From a virus, in IMG/VR virus record IMGVR_UViG_3300035564_000075, positions 1 to 64,000 of that record: DNA of 64,000 nucleotides. One strand, written 5' to 3'. This document shows, one piece after another, positions 36,801 through 45,899 of the stretch. Within the stretch, counting starts at the first letter, position 1. Each line of letters opens with the position of its first letter. The notes beneath the pieces are model-generated. The model worked only from the letters and a program-made list of their open reading frames with translations, searched no databases and had not been told where the DNA came from. The position numbers and the translations under genes are program-made.

Positions 36801-37964
36801 GACGCTATAACTGGCAAGATCATGGCTGGTAGCGGAGTGGTGGTCATGGATAGCAATGGTATAACCATAACACCCGCAATATCCGAGAATGCCTATACCA
36901 ATGGTTATAAGTTTATAAACACACTTGATTATCTGGAGGGATTGTTCTCTTATTCTGCCAGCGACTTGGGCGTAACATGGACATATCTTACTCTTGAGAA
37001 TTCCTCTCCGTATAGCGATTCGACTTACACTTATACAGACGTAGTTGCAGCAGGTGATGCAGCAGGTATTGTTGTTATTGAGGCAAATGATACTGCTGGA
37101 GACACACCTGCTAGACTTCCTGGAGCAGGCATTGCTAAGATAGTCTTGGTAGGAGATAGAGATAGCGATGGATCATACATTGATTTTCAAATCAGTGTTG
37201 CCAATGTGCCAGGAGACTCTATAGCCACAATATTTCCAACAGGACCCGTATTCAATGGTGGTAAAATTGGCACAATTGACTTTACGGTTAGCACCCTTAA
37301 TTATGATGCCATCTTTGTAGATTCCAGTGCCAATAGTATTGAAATCATGCACAATGCGGCAGGATATATTGGTTTCTTTGCAAAAGATCCAGTAGTCCAG
37401 CCTATTGCCACTACCGATCTTGGTACAGTCCTCTCTGACCTGGGTTTGCGTGCGGCTGGTACGGCATACCCCATTACCACATCTGGTGCCATCAGCATGA
37501 CCGGATCTACGATCGCACTTTCCAAGATTACTACCTATAACACGATTGCTACCGCAAATAATGGTGTCGCTTCTGAAATATACTCAAATACTTGGACTAG
37601 TCAAACTGCGGCAATTGGCGCTACTACACTATATGCAGTACCTGCCAGTGGTGGTGGTTATTATCGAGTTACGTGGTTTGCTACCGTTACTACTGCCTCT
37701 TCTGGTGGTACTCCATCAAGCACTCTAGGTGGATCAACCGGATTCCAATTGAAATACACCGTAGGTGGAGTAGTCAAAACTACAACTCCTGTAGCAGTTA
37801 CTTCGATGACCTCTACCACGAACAACACTGCCACTGCCGCTGTGTCTGGTGTTCAAGCATGTTACTGTGATGCCAGCACCAACCTGCAATTCCTATTCGG
37901 ATATACTTCTGCTGGTACATCTCCAATGCAGTATCGGATCAGCGTCATTGTAGAAAAACTGTAA
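33864..37964 (+). CDS. tail fiber / receptor-binding protein with LamG-like and carbohydrate-binding-like modules
   Basis: Gly/Thr-rich segments (GTIGGWT), HFDG..GKF..TTNLVPNP, WHQLIATW..LYIDG. Confidence 0.75.
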   Translation: MSKLAGKMVKFGKQKQIPAKIIDVLGPLCSVKLSGNGEKLTGLSYVGPTPVKGQKVIVNYQTGTPFVQTGSTYAAAEYSAPATPSPSTYADGTDRSVFGSVHLDKNGMGVWNDDIPTGQISTDGDSFFGSNLDYADNTSLSIFTNAQSYNGESMGAGDLLVGSNSSGFANVFWDASAKQLKFRGGTTVQAYVATDGTIVAGGGNVVLSTTGISASAGTIGGWTLGANSLSATGAVISAAVPSIALGGAGYRTGTGFWVGKDVDSVFKFFIGDSVIAHKQYMYFDGVNLVITGTYSGEMDISGVTSNTFTINSDLTDATAQLIFGRTTGGNASIGYDGNVLTSDKTINIATLNEGVYYTLQLGSSDGTYVVSYADDALNNLWVGGNVTTVYGDSELSLQSAAQITLYGTSVYAGEGTPFNLWDDIIVGDYVFFVDVSQGNVGFNTEPDPQFVVDIGGNARVQGYLSAKMAMTVKDVLMICHFDGHEPYAIDFSGDPGGHRGQVATVVGGVQYRPGKFYKAVQLAEATTNLVPNPNLGTNTTGWQWQVNAQGSGYGRITNEQVLYGNTCGKAVCSGTGSRAVGTNGYWTRPAGADVTISIYVKPLTHPILYTMVAFSDNWAQNQGSSPVTVPVGEWTRLTLSISNATLNTWHNGGLDLTFFLIDNNDGVAETWLFGAAQMEAGMHATPYQPSDLLETNHRDASHLQYSPEGNINLDAGSFGMTYYNFGYLNDYPLGLYVVIDSNNYIAQYFNAVSGGTPYVYVNSGGSGVVAGEYAPLSIGWHQLIATWKTGELLLYIDGELVSNAVYTRPVGTPSIMYLGYGNANVLIDDFFTVDRVMEPDEIRAVYDSDAPIFAETSVSAWRSSRHYVWMDDEGLWAQHPDGSNVFAISTSDGKSYSGGTMDWGDLLIGTEVSGIYWDYSEAKIQMWEAQLSLSGETGSISIGDDPPVSCVDGTGLWIDKDGIYGLSKTGAVTTLEAKFDAITGKIMAGSGVVVMDSNGITITPAISENAYTNGYKFINTLDYLEGLFSYSASDLGVTWTYLTLENSSPYSDSTYTYTDVVAAGDAAGIVVIEANDTAGDTPARLPGAGIAKIVLVGDRDSDGSYIDFQISVANVPGDSIATIFPTGPVFNGGKIGTIDFTVSTLNYDAIFVDSSANSIEIMHNAAGYIGFFAKDPVVQPIATTDLGTVLSDLGLRAAGTAYPITTSGAISMTGSTIALSKITTYNTIATANNGVASEIYSNTWTSQTAAIGATTLYAVPASGGGYYRVTWFATVTTASSGGTPSSTLGGSTGFQLKYTVGGVVKTTTPVAVTSMTSTTNNTATAAVSGVQACYCDASTNLQFLFGYTSAGTSPMQYRISVIVEKL

Positions 37965-37994
37965 TCAGTGTTATAATATCAACGAGGAGCTAAT

Positions 37995-38393
37995 ATGAAG
38001 AATCTCTCAATCTCAATTCCAACACGTTTTGGCATCGATGGTACTGTTTGGCAGGTTGTGCAGACCAATATTGACTGGAATCGTCGCACAGCGCACGTGG
38101 TTGTGTATGGTTGGGCTACCGAAGATACTACTGCAAAGCCTATCGATCAACGTGTCTTTTCTTATGGTCCGAAGGACTTCCCGTTTGATGACTATGCAGC
38201 CATTATTGACACTTGCAATGCTCTTATCATGGCAGAGGCACCAGTAACAGCAAAGCCATCTGAATTCGCAAAGGCAGTTGTTACTGATGCGGTTGTGCCA
38301 GAAAAGCCAGTAAAGGCAATTCCCCCAGGTGGAGAATCTTTTGTATCAGTTGCAGCAGCAGAAGCCATGAAGAAATCTAAGCCTGCTAAATAG
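37995..38393 (+). CDS. hypothetical protein (possible fiber chaperone)
   Basis: GAGGAG RBS; TGTTATAAT upstream. Confidence 0.55.
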   Translation: MKNLSISIPTRFGIDGTVWQVVQTNIDWNRRTAHVVVYGWATEDTTAKPIDQRVFSYGPKDFPFDDYAAIIDTCNALIMAEAPVTAKPSEFAKAVVTDAVVPEKPVKAIPPGGESFVSVAAAEAMKKSKPAK

Positions 38394-38402
38394 GAGAAAC
38401 AT

Positions 38403-39485
38403 ATGCTAATCAACGATCCCGTACTTGGATTTGACGTATCATTGTGGACCCCCGTTATCAAGACGAACGAACTTGAGGACGGTGGTGTGAAAACCGTAGT
38501 AGTTGGCATCTATTCTGCCATTGATTCTACCGGAAAGAAGGTTCTAGATCCTACCAGTAGAGCACAACTTACAGCAGTTGCTAAGAGTTCCATGGTTCTT
38601 CAGGCATATTATTGGGATGACATCACCCTTACTGGTGAATCTCAGATGGCATGGCTACAATCTACCCTAAAGGCAGAAGGATTCCCTATTCGCTGGATGT
38701 GGTTGGATGATGAGCAGTGGTGGACAAACTGGGGTTCCTGGATGCTTGCAAAGCAGAACCAGATCCCATGGAGTTCTGTACCCTATGGCTCTTCTTTCAA
38801 TATCTCCGGTCACTTTGGCAATACTGCAAGTATACTGTACAAGCTGACCAACCAGATGGGGGTGTATACCAATAATGGCTTTGTCTCATCTTGGGCCTCA
38901 GGCATGAATTCATGGCTATCTCTCTATCCATCATGGATTCCATACTATGCACACCAGCCTAGTCAGGCAACGATCCTTACTTGGCAACAGGTAAAGGATC
39001 AATGGATGCCTACCTATGACCCTGGAAGGGCACCAGGACAGATCGCCAGCTTTGTCTATGGACACCAGTTCACTGGTGACGTTATGCTTCTCCCAGGTGC
39101 CTATGGCAAGTATGGCGCATACTCTCCAGCAGATGTGAATGTATTCTCTGCGGCATTCCTGAACAAGATCCGCAACAATCCAGCACTCTTTACTGGTGGT
39201 GTTACCCCTCCTCCAGTTGTAGTACCTCCAGTTGTAGTGACTCCAACCATTCCTTCGGTCAAGTACCATACCGTTTACCCAGTGAATGTGCGTGATTCCT
39301 TCTTGCAAAGCAGCACATTACTTGGTATAATGGAGACAAATACTCATATTCTGGTTGACAAGGATGGTGGCACTGCACCCAATGTGTATCATCACTTCCT
39401 TGGTAAGAACCAGGACCCACAGGGAAGTGTCAAGTTCCCGAATGGTGGTTATGTGTATGCACAGTACTGCCATATAGATTCCTAA
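38403..39485 (+). CDS. endolysin, GH25-like muramidase with C-terminal SH3-like domain
   Basis: GFDVS, WLDDE (DxE), GVYT, HQFT, DVN; PV-rich linker. Confidence 0.8.
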   Translation: MLINDPVLGFDVSLWTPVIKTNELEDGGVKTVVVGIYSAIDSTGKKVLDPTSRAQLTAVAKSSMVLQAYYWDDITLTGESQMAWLQSTLKAEGFPIRWMWLDDEQWWTNWGSWMLAKQNQIPWSSVPYGSSFNISGHFGNTASILYKLTNQMGVYTNNGFVSSWASGMNSWLSLYPSWIPYYAHQPSQATILTWQQVKDQWMPTYDPGRAPGQIASFVYGHQFTGDVMLLPGAYGKYGAYSPADVNVFSAAFLNKIRNNPALFTGGVTPPPVVVPPVVVTPTIPSVKYHTVYPVNVRDSFLQSSTLLGIMETNTHILVDKDGGTAPNVYHHFLGKNQDPQGSVKFPNGGYVYAQYCHIDS

Positions 39486-39498
39486 TAGGAGAATACAA

Positions 39499-39948
39499 AT
39501 GAAACTCAGAATTTTCGATGCCGCTGCTCTGTTCACTGCACTTTCTTCCTTTGCTATTGAGAACAAAGTTCCTTTCTGGATGGCACATACACTGAATAGA
39601 AACCTAAAAGCACTGGCATCCAATGTCGATCTAAAGTCATACGAAGAAGGCCGCATCAAGCTAATTCAGGAAACATTTGGTACTCCAGATGCCAGCGGAA
39701 ACCTTAGTGTTCCACCTGGAAAAAAGCAAGCCTTTCAGGAAAAGCTGAAACCAGTCGGAGATAAAGAAGTTGAGTTCGATCTTGAGACAATTCCGATTAG
39801 GAATGTACCACCTAGCATAAATATCTCAATGGCAGAGTACCTTGCACTTGAGAAGATCTTCACAGAGGATGTTGCTCCCACAACTACTCCGATCGTGCCT
39901 AAGAAGCGCCATACGCCAGCAAAGAAACCAGTTGCAAAGGGAGAATAG
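39499..39948 (+). CDS. phage hypothetical protein (DUF1617-like)
   Basis: helical; LNRNLKAL..RIKLI pattern. Confidence 0.5.
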   Translation: MKLRIFDAAALFTALSSFAIENKVPFWMAHTLNRNLKALASNVDLKSYEEGRIKLIQETFGTPDASGNLSVPPGKKQAFQEKLKPVGDKEVEFDLETIPIRNVPPSINISMAEYLALEKIFTEDVAPTTTPIVPKKRHTPAKKPVAKGE

Positions 39949-39950
39949 CT

Positions 39951-41060
39951 GTGCGTCTTCATATTATAGGTATGCCACATTCGATAACTACAGAGGCATT
40001 CCAGACCTGCGCTTTCACGCAAAAGGTCTGGAAGTTCTGTAAGATGATGCCCAAGTATGGTTGGGAAATCGTGCACTATGGGGTAGAGGGTGCAGATGTT
40101 CCTACTAGGAAAATAGACTTGGCGACTAGAGCAGAATGGGATGCGGCCTATGGAGATAGAGATCCCTCAGAATTCTATAATAAATCTCCGAACGATTTTG
40201 TGGTAGAATTCAATAGGCGCGCAGTAGAAAGTGTAATGCAGAACTCTGCAGAAGATGATGCAATCTTGTTCCCTTATGGACAACAGGCCATAGCGGAAAG
40301 ACTGACCAACAGAAGGTTGCAGGTAGAGTCTGGAATAGGCTATGAGGCTGTATTTGCACGCTACAAGATATTTGAGAGTCGTGCATGGGCAAACAGGATC
40401 TATGGAGAACTTGGAGTAGAGGATGTACCTCACTTCGATGGTATAATACCTAACTACTTCGATCCAGAGAAGTTGCCGCTGGTCACAAAGAAGGATGACT
40501 ACTTCCTATATATGGGGCGTTTGATACCGAGAAAGGGAGTGGCGATAGCAGCAGAAGTGTGCAGGATTCTCGGTAAAAAACTGGTTGTAGCTGGACAGGG
40601 CTCTTTGAGAACTGCACATATAACAGATGCTAACGTGGAGTTCCTAGGACCAGTAAATGATCCCATACAGAAAGCAGAACTTATAGGTCGTGCGGCAGCA
40701 GTATTCTGCCCAACGCAATACTTCGAACCTTTTGGTGGTGTTGCGGTTGAAGCTATGATGACTGGTACTCCGGTAATATCATCCGATCATGGTGCCTTTC
40801 CCGAGACAATCGTACAGGGAATTACCGGATGGAGATGCCAAGTATATGATGATTACATTCAGGCCGCACAAAGATTAGATGTCTTCGACCCAATGAGAAT
40901 TCATCGCTATGCAGTAAACAATTTCTCCATGGATCGTATATCAAAACTATATGACCTTTACTTCAGGCGATTGCAACTTGCAAACCAACCTGATGGATGG
41001 CTCAAACCAAATGAAGCTAATACTGAAGAAGCATATTGGCATGAGACCATACCAGCTTAG
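39951..41060 (+). CDS. GT-B glycosyltransferase (GT4)
   Basis: GRLIPRKG, EPFGGVAVEAMMTGTPVI. Confidence 0.9.
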   Translation: MRLHIIGMPHSITTEAFQTCAFTQKVWKFCKMMPKYGWEIVHYGVEGADVPTRKIDLATRAEWDAAYGDRDPSEFYNKSPNDFVVEFNRRAVESVMQNSAEDDAILFPYGQQAIAERLTNRRLQVESGIGYEAVFARYKIFESRAWANRIYGELGVEDVPHFDGIIPNYFDPEKLPLVTKKDDYFLYMGRLIPRKGVAIAAEVCRILGKKLVVAGQGSLRTAHITDANVEFLGPVNDPIQKAELIGRAAAVFCPTQYFEPFGGVAVEAMMTGTPVISSDHGAFPETIVQGITGWRCQVYDDYIQAAQRLDVFDPMRIHRYAVNNFSMDRISKLYDLYFRRLQLANQPDGWLKPNEANTEEAYWHETIPA

Positions 41061-41076
41061 ATCCAGGAGATAATTT

Positions 41077-41556
41077 ATGGCACCAGCTAAAATTCTAAAT
41101 AACGCGCTTGAGAAGGCGCAATCAGAAATCAACCCTTATGTTGCAGCAACCCTTGCCACCATCACAGAACGTCTAAATGAAAGTACCAAGGCTCTTGAGC
41201 ACGTAAGTCTAACCGTCTTTGGAAATGGAAAGACAGGTATCAAGGATATAACAGAACAGAATACCAGGGACATCGATCAGATCATCAAGACTCTTCAGCA
41301 GATGAACGAACAACGTTCAGAAGAGCTAAAGGTACGCCAGCACGAGGCCGACTTGCGTGAGCAAGAGAGGCTTACCAGAGAAGATGAAAGGGCGGATCGT
41401 CAAAAGGACATTCGTAACTGGTGGATTGGTGTAGGAATAGCTATTGTGACAGGTTTATTTACTATCATTGCAACAGTAGTTGGGAACATAGACGTTACAA
41501 AGTTGATTGATGCAACTCATCACATCGCAACACTGACTCCAACAATAATTCACTAA
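41077..41556 (+). CDS. coiled-coil protein with C-terminal TM helix (holin/lysis accessory candidate)
   Basis: single hydrophobic segment WWIGVGIAIVTGLFTIIATVV. Confidence 0.55.
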   Translation: MAPAKILNNALEKAQSEINPYVAATLATITERLNESTKALEHVSLTVFGNGKTGIKDITEQNTRDIDQIIKTLQQMNEQRSEELKVRQHEADLREQERLTREDERADRQKDIRNWWIGVGIAIVTGLFTIIATVVGNIDVTKLIDATHHIATLTPTIIH

Positions 41557-41590
41557 AAAAGAAGCCCCACGATTTCTCGTGGGGCTCTTC
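41555..41590. terminator. terminator between convergent transcription units
   Basis: aaaaaa-gaagccccacga-tttc-tcgtggggctcttc; A-run gives a U-tract on the - strand. Confidence 0.75.
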
Positions 41591-41601
41591 ATTACAGTAG
41601 G

Positions 41602-41982
41602 TTATTGGTTTCTAGGATCGTCCAGATTGGTATTCAGCTTACGGTAGCCAGTACCGACGCTTACTGCACCAATTGCAGTGATCAGTTCAATAAGCATATC
41701 CTGCGTGATTGGGAAGTTTGGTGCATAAGCATGCACGAATACAAATGCCAAGCTCACTAGCAAGATATAGAACCTAGGCGCAGATAGAATGTCTATATAG
41801 GACGGAACATTGCCCACGGATGCGCTTGCGATAAAGGCAATCAATGCCACAACTGCGGCAATGACATCACCCTGGCTGAATGGCAACACCGGAAAGAATG
41901 CTTTGATTCCAATGAATACCATTGCCAGCGCAAGTGCAATGACACGTGGGGAAGTAAGGATAGCGTACAATTTTTGGTTCAT
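41602..41982 (-). CDS. four-TM membrane protein with internal duplication (holin-like)
   Basis: two copies of IL-S/T-xPR-hydrophobic-P-x-P-x-x-Q unit. Confidence 0.6.
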   Translation of the reverse strand: MNQKLYAILTSPRVIALALAMVFIGIKAFFPVLPFSQGDVIAAVVALIAFIASASVGNVPSYIDILSAPRFYILLVSLAFVFVHAYAPNFPITQDMLIELITAIGAVSVGTGYRKLNTNLDDPRNQ

Positions 41983-42024
41983 AAGAGTCTCCTAATAGGA
42001 ATGTTGGAACATCGCGATACTATA

Positions 42025-42282
42025 TTATACTACCTTTCTAGCAGGTGTGTCAAAGTGCTCCATGCACTGGACGCAGATTGCAGCAATCTTCCGGATATTC
42101 TCCAGTGCTTCCGTGTCGCTATTGGTATTGGTCCAACGCTCAACGGCTCGGTTGAAGTAAGATTGAATCATAATCATGTACTCACCAACGACATGATTCC
42201 TATAATCTGTGCGAGAGGGCGGTAAATGATCCTGGTAGTCTCTCTCTCCATCAATCAGTTTATAAACCTCAGTTCGTTCCAT
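42025..42282 (-). CDS. MazG-like NTP pyrophosphohydrolase-fold protein
   Basis: ERDYQD...IRKIAAICV helical pattern. Confidence 0.55.
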   Translation of the reverse strand: MERTEVYKLIDGERDYQDHLPPSRTDYRNHVVGEYMIMIQSYFNRAVERWTNTNSDTEALENIRKIAAICVQCMEHFDTPARKVV

Positions 42283-42598
42283 TTTTGCTCTCCTGCGGCT
42301 CGTTCAGAGCCGCTCTCAATATGATTAGGTAGTTGATGGCATCGAGGATGGTATCCTCAATAGTCTCATCTTTTACGTGCACTTCACCAGACTGTATAAT
42401 CTTTCCAATACGCGCAATCTTGTCTGCCAATCTTGTCAATATGCCTACCTCCATAGGAATGCCGAGTTGTTCTACCAATCTGAAGTTGCGTAGTGCATCT
42501 TCATCAGCACCATAGTCGGCGTTCTTTGCTTTGATAATTTCCAGTGCCTTGCTAGTCATAATCCCATGTATCTGAAATAGTTGTTCTGGCTTTATCAT
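42269..42598 (-). CDS. DUF1599/Nmad1-like nucleotide-modification-associated protein
   Basis: KNADYG, RLADKIAR, EDTILDAINY. Confidence 0.75.
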   Translation of the reverse strand: MIKPEQLFQIHGIMTSKALEIIKAKNADYGADEDALRNFRLVEQLGIPMEVGILTRLADKIARIGKIIQSGEVHVKDETIEDTILDAINYLIILRAALNEPQESKNGTN

Positions 42599-42800
42599 AT
42601 CTAATCTCCTACATCCAGCATGGATGCAAAATATATCTTGGCTTCGAACCCCAGTCGCCCTAGGGTTTCCGACAGTTCAATTGCCTTTTTCAGATCAAAA
42701 CGAACTGCCTGTTTGATATTGCTTGTCAATTCGGGAGTGTTGTCCTGGATCTCAAGAAGAAACCCAGGACCACTCTCGATAAAGTAAGTAGGAATCTCCA

Positions 42801-43739
42801 CTAGTTCCTCAACAGTACTTCCTTCTTCTCTTTCTCTAGGTTGCCAACACGTGCTCTGGTGTAGGCACCACAATTACCACAATGGTATGAATCGAAACGG
42901 TTTGCAGGAGTGTAATAGTATCCATCGGCAGTGACGTTTGCAGAACCACAGTTATTGCACACTGGAATAATCTCATCAGTGTACAGTCCAAGGTTCGGAT
43001 GACCTTTCATCCATGGTCGTATGGTCAGATAGATCTCTTCCAGCAACGTGACATCATACTTATTGTACTTCAGCATTTCATCTAGTGCAGCTTTGTCACC
43101 ATTGTCACAGCGTTTCCAAAGATCAAAGTCGGTTTTGATTTTATGGTCACTCAATAGCATCATGGCAAGGAATTCCTGCTTGTTGCTATCGAAGCCAAAG
43201 AGTTTCTTGGCAGTGTCCAGCGTATCTATTACCTGCGATGGCTTAGGTGGATTGAAGCCATGCACTAGGAAGCGTGAGTTCATCTTCTTGATGTCAAAGC
43301 CATTGATATTGTGCCCAATGACTATATCGGAACCATTCATAATCTCCCAAAGACTCTGTGATATTCTGCCATCATCTCTTTCGATGGCTTCTTCTGGAGT
43401 CATTATATCGCTCTTCATCTTGGAACTAAACAGTGTTTTGGCAGACCATGAGAGCATGGCAGTGGGCTCAATGATCTGTCCCACGCTCATGTTTATGTCC
43501 CATGGAGTCCAGACATAGCCAATGATGGGCAATGTTTCAATGTCCAGCAAGGTGATTATGGGGAACCTGCGTTCATCTACAAACTTATCTTGGTGTTTAG
43601 CATACTCTCTTCTAAATGCACTTCGTAGTTCTTCTGGTGTCATGCCGTACTTCTGTGCTAGCTCAGGCCAGAACGGTCTTCCGTCCTGTAGAGCCATCTG
43701 CTTTCGTGCTAGGCAATCCTTGAAGATGTTTGAATTCAT
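42801..43739 (-). CDS. DEDD/RNase H-like 3'-5' exonuclease with C-terminal zinc ribbon
   Basis: LDIET, GHNINGFD, YNKYDV; CNNC..CGNC; AGGAG RBS before 43739. Confidence 0.85.
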   Translation of the reverse strand: MNSNIFKDCLARKQMALQDGRPFWPELAQKYGMTPEELRSAFRREYAKHQDKFVDERRFPIITLLDIETLPIIGYVWTPWDINMSVGQIIEPTAMLSWSAKTLFSSKMKSDIMTPEEAIERDDGRISQSLWEIMNGSDIVIGHNINGFDIKKMNSRFLVHGFNPPKPSQVIDTLDTAKKLFGFDSNKQEFLAMMLLSDHKIKTDFDLWKRCDNGDKAALDEMLKYNKYDVTLLEEIYLTIRPWMKGHPNLGLYTDEIIPVCNNCGSANVTADGYYYTPANRFDSYHCGNCGAYTRARVGNLEKEKKEVLLRN

Positions 43740-43747
43740 GTTTTCTC

Positions 43748-44146
43748 CTAACCAGCTTGTATGTTTAGTAGATAAGCAAAACGGGGATCGTGTACGATAG
43801 GATCTTCGTACCACGTGCCCCATACCAAGATAGCTGGTTTGCTTGGTAGATGCTCAATAATCTCTAGCTGTGATATACTCTGCAATCTGATTATGTCTTC
43901 ATCTACCGACTTGTGCAGGGCGCTAGCTATCTCTTGGAACTCTTCATATGTACCAGTAACAACAAACAGCATGTCCCTATGCATCCATAGGTTGCCAGGG
44001 ACCCAACTGAACATACTACCATCCTTCTTATTCAGGTCAGCGACCAGTGATTCCCATGCATCACACTTGGGATCTGCACAGTGCCTTACTTGCCTGTCAA
44101 ACACTGAATAGACCAGTCTCCAGTCATGTTCATGCATACTCTGCAA
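43748..44146 (-). CDS. hypothetical protein
   Basis: 132-aa ORF in operon. Confidence 0.55.
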   Translation of the reverse strand: MQSMHEHDWRLVYSVFDRQVRHCADPKCDAWESLVADLNKKDGSMFSWVPGNLWMHRDMLFVVTGTYEEFQEIASALHKSVDEDIIRLQSISQLEIIEHLPSKPAILVWGTWYEDPIVHDPRFAYLLNIQAG

Positions 44147-44522
44147 GCCTCTCTCTTATTGCCTTGGTATCAGCCTTAGACAATGTTCTCGAAGCTGGAT
44201 GCGGTGCAGCTATGTATGGATATGGTATTTGATCTAGCCCCGATTGTGCTACCTTGCCACACGCAAGCACCACACTGGGCTTGTGACTGACGATTTCCTT
44301 CAGCATAAACACTGGTTCTGGTGGAAACTTGTCATTGGGATGTGTGCCTACCTGAGTAGTAGATTCTGTAATGTAGACCTCTGCACCATCTGGTATCATT
44401 TCCTTCAGTCGTCTACCAGTTACAGAGCGCCACAACAGTCTCTCCCACACTCTCCTGTTGGTTATCCTATACGGATCTATCCCATTAGGAATGTAGGCAT
44501 TTTGTAGGAAGATAAGTATCAT
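44130..44522 (-). CDS. uracil-DNA glycosylase-like protein
   Basis: TGRRL, VLACGKVA, APHPASR. Confidence 0.65.
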   Translation of the reverse strand: MILIFLQNAYIPNGIDPYRITNRRVWERLLWRSVTGRRLKEMIPDGAEVYITESTTQVGTHPNDKFPPEPVFMLKEIVSHKPSVVLACGKVAQSGLDQIPYPYIAAPHPASRTLSKADTKAIRERLAEYA

Positions 44523-45322
44523 CGTTCCATCTCTTTTCGTAATGCATCCTTGATATAGAAAAGCTTTGTATCTCCCCTTGCCTGTTTACCATCATCAGGA
44601 TTCATTATACGGCTGTAACCAAGACCCTCAAGTTTCTTGATTGCATCATTGCCAAATTTTTTCCAGTCTATGGTTCTTTCTATATCAGGATTGTGATTCA
44701 GTTTTCCTACCTTGAAATGATCTACCCATGGTGCTGTCAGTTCTATCATGTAGAGTGTCTGATTAGGGTCTATGACTGGTTCCATAGATACCCATGTAGG
44801 AATACCCTTGTCATGGAATGCTTTGAGTGTGTCAAAGCGTTCTTGTGGAGAGGCGGCATTGGGTTCCCAACGTTGCGAATCCTTATCAGTAGCGAATACC
44901 AGTGTGATTGCATAGGCATCTTTGGGTCCAAACATATCCAGATCCTTTAGTGCTCTCTTGCCGCCCTTACTTAGGATGGCTACAGAGAAGCCATGCTCAT
45001 GCAATATCCTGATTGTATCATGTGTGTACTGGTAAGCATCTTCTAGTGCCTGATAGGGATCGGTGGTGAAGCATAGATGCACCTGTCCTGTCTTACCAAC
45101 GCTTTGCAAATAGGCAGCTTCTTTCTCCAGCTTGCCTAGGAAGTCAAAGTTGCGCGGTCCGGCATGGGAGAATGCAGTCTTCCTATCTGGTTGTCCCCTC
45201 ATTACTACATCGGGTCCAAAACAGTATAGGCAACCATGCAAACAACCACGGTAGATATTACATGCTAGTGCAGCATATTCTCTTGCAGCCCCCCTGGGCT
45301 CATACAGCAACGTCGTTTCCAT
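44519..45322 (-). CDS. radical SAM protein (spore photoproduct lyase-like family)
   Basis: CLHGCLYC CxxxCxxC; TTDPYQ; SMEP. Confidence 0.85.
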   Translation of the reverse strand: METTLLYEPRGAAREYAALACNIYRGCLHGCLYCFGPDVVMRGQPDRKTAFSHAGPRNFDFLGKLEKEAAYLQSVGKTGQVHLCFTTDPYQALEDAYQYTHDTIRILHEHGFSVAILSKGGKRALKDLDMFGPKDAYAITLVFATDKDSQRWEPNAASPQERFDTLKAFHDKGIPTWVSMEPVIDPNQTLYMIELTAPWVDHFKVGKLNHNPDIERTIDWKKFGNDAIKKLEGLGYSRIMNPDDGKQARGDTKLFYIKDALRKEMER

Positions 45323-45501
45323 CTTGTACTCCTTGAATTCTAGGTTGGCGGTAAATTACTTCCCACAACCATTCATGCTTCTTTCCATTCAACTGCAGAC
45401 CATATTTCTCTTTGATATAGTTATCTATACCTTCTGCTGTTGTTGATTCTGGAAACCATATAGATGGCATTTCTGCGTGTGTGGTGATCTTTATACGCAT
45501 A

Positions 45502-45852
45502 TTACCTCGGGAAGGTCTGTAGGGCGCTCCAGTGGTCGTTCTGCAGCGGATACCAGTCATCTGTGAAGAACATGGTCATAATTATCTCTACTGCACCCTC
45601 TCTGGTCAAGTTGACAGCACGATCGATGTCAGTCTTGCCATCCTGTAAAGCCTTCTGTCTACACTTCAGAATGAAACCATCAGCAATGACATCCATTGTA
45701 GCTCTTGTTTCTGGCGTTAGCGTATTATAGGTATCCATAATCGCCTTTCGCCTCGCTTGCTGATACAGGCTGGAGCTATACTCCATTTCAAGGATTGCAT
45801 TGTGCGCATGAGTGAATGTCTTGCCACGGTGAGCAGCATCTTTAGATCCCAT
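45502..45852 (-). CDS. hypothetical protein
   Basis: GGAG RBS; 116 aa. Confidence 0.6.
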   Translation of the reverse strand: MGSKDAAHRGKTFTHAHNAILEMEYSSSLYQQARRKAIMDTYNTLTPETRATMDVIADGFILKCRQKALQDGKTDIDRAVNLTREGAVEIIMTMFFTDDWYPLQNDHWSALQTFPR

Positions 45853-45866
45853 TTTGTCTCCATAGT

Positions 45867-45892
45867 AGGGGCTGGCCTTTCGACCAGCCCCA
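45867..45892. terminator. GC-rich stem-loop
   Basis: ggggctgg-cctttcga-ccagcccc. Confidence 0.55.
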
Positions 45893-45899
45893 TTTTGAA

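Noticed and set aside
9940-41132. Short - strand ORFs inside structural genes (and + strand ORFs inside the - strand arm)
   Set aside because: Antisense shadows of long coding frames, with no recognisable motifs.
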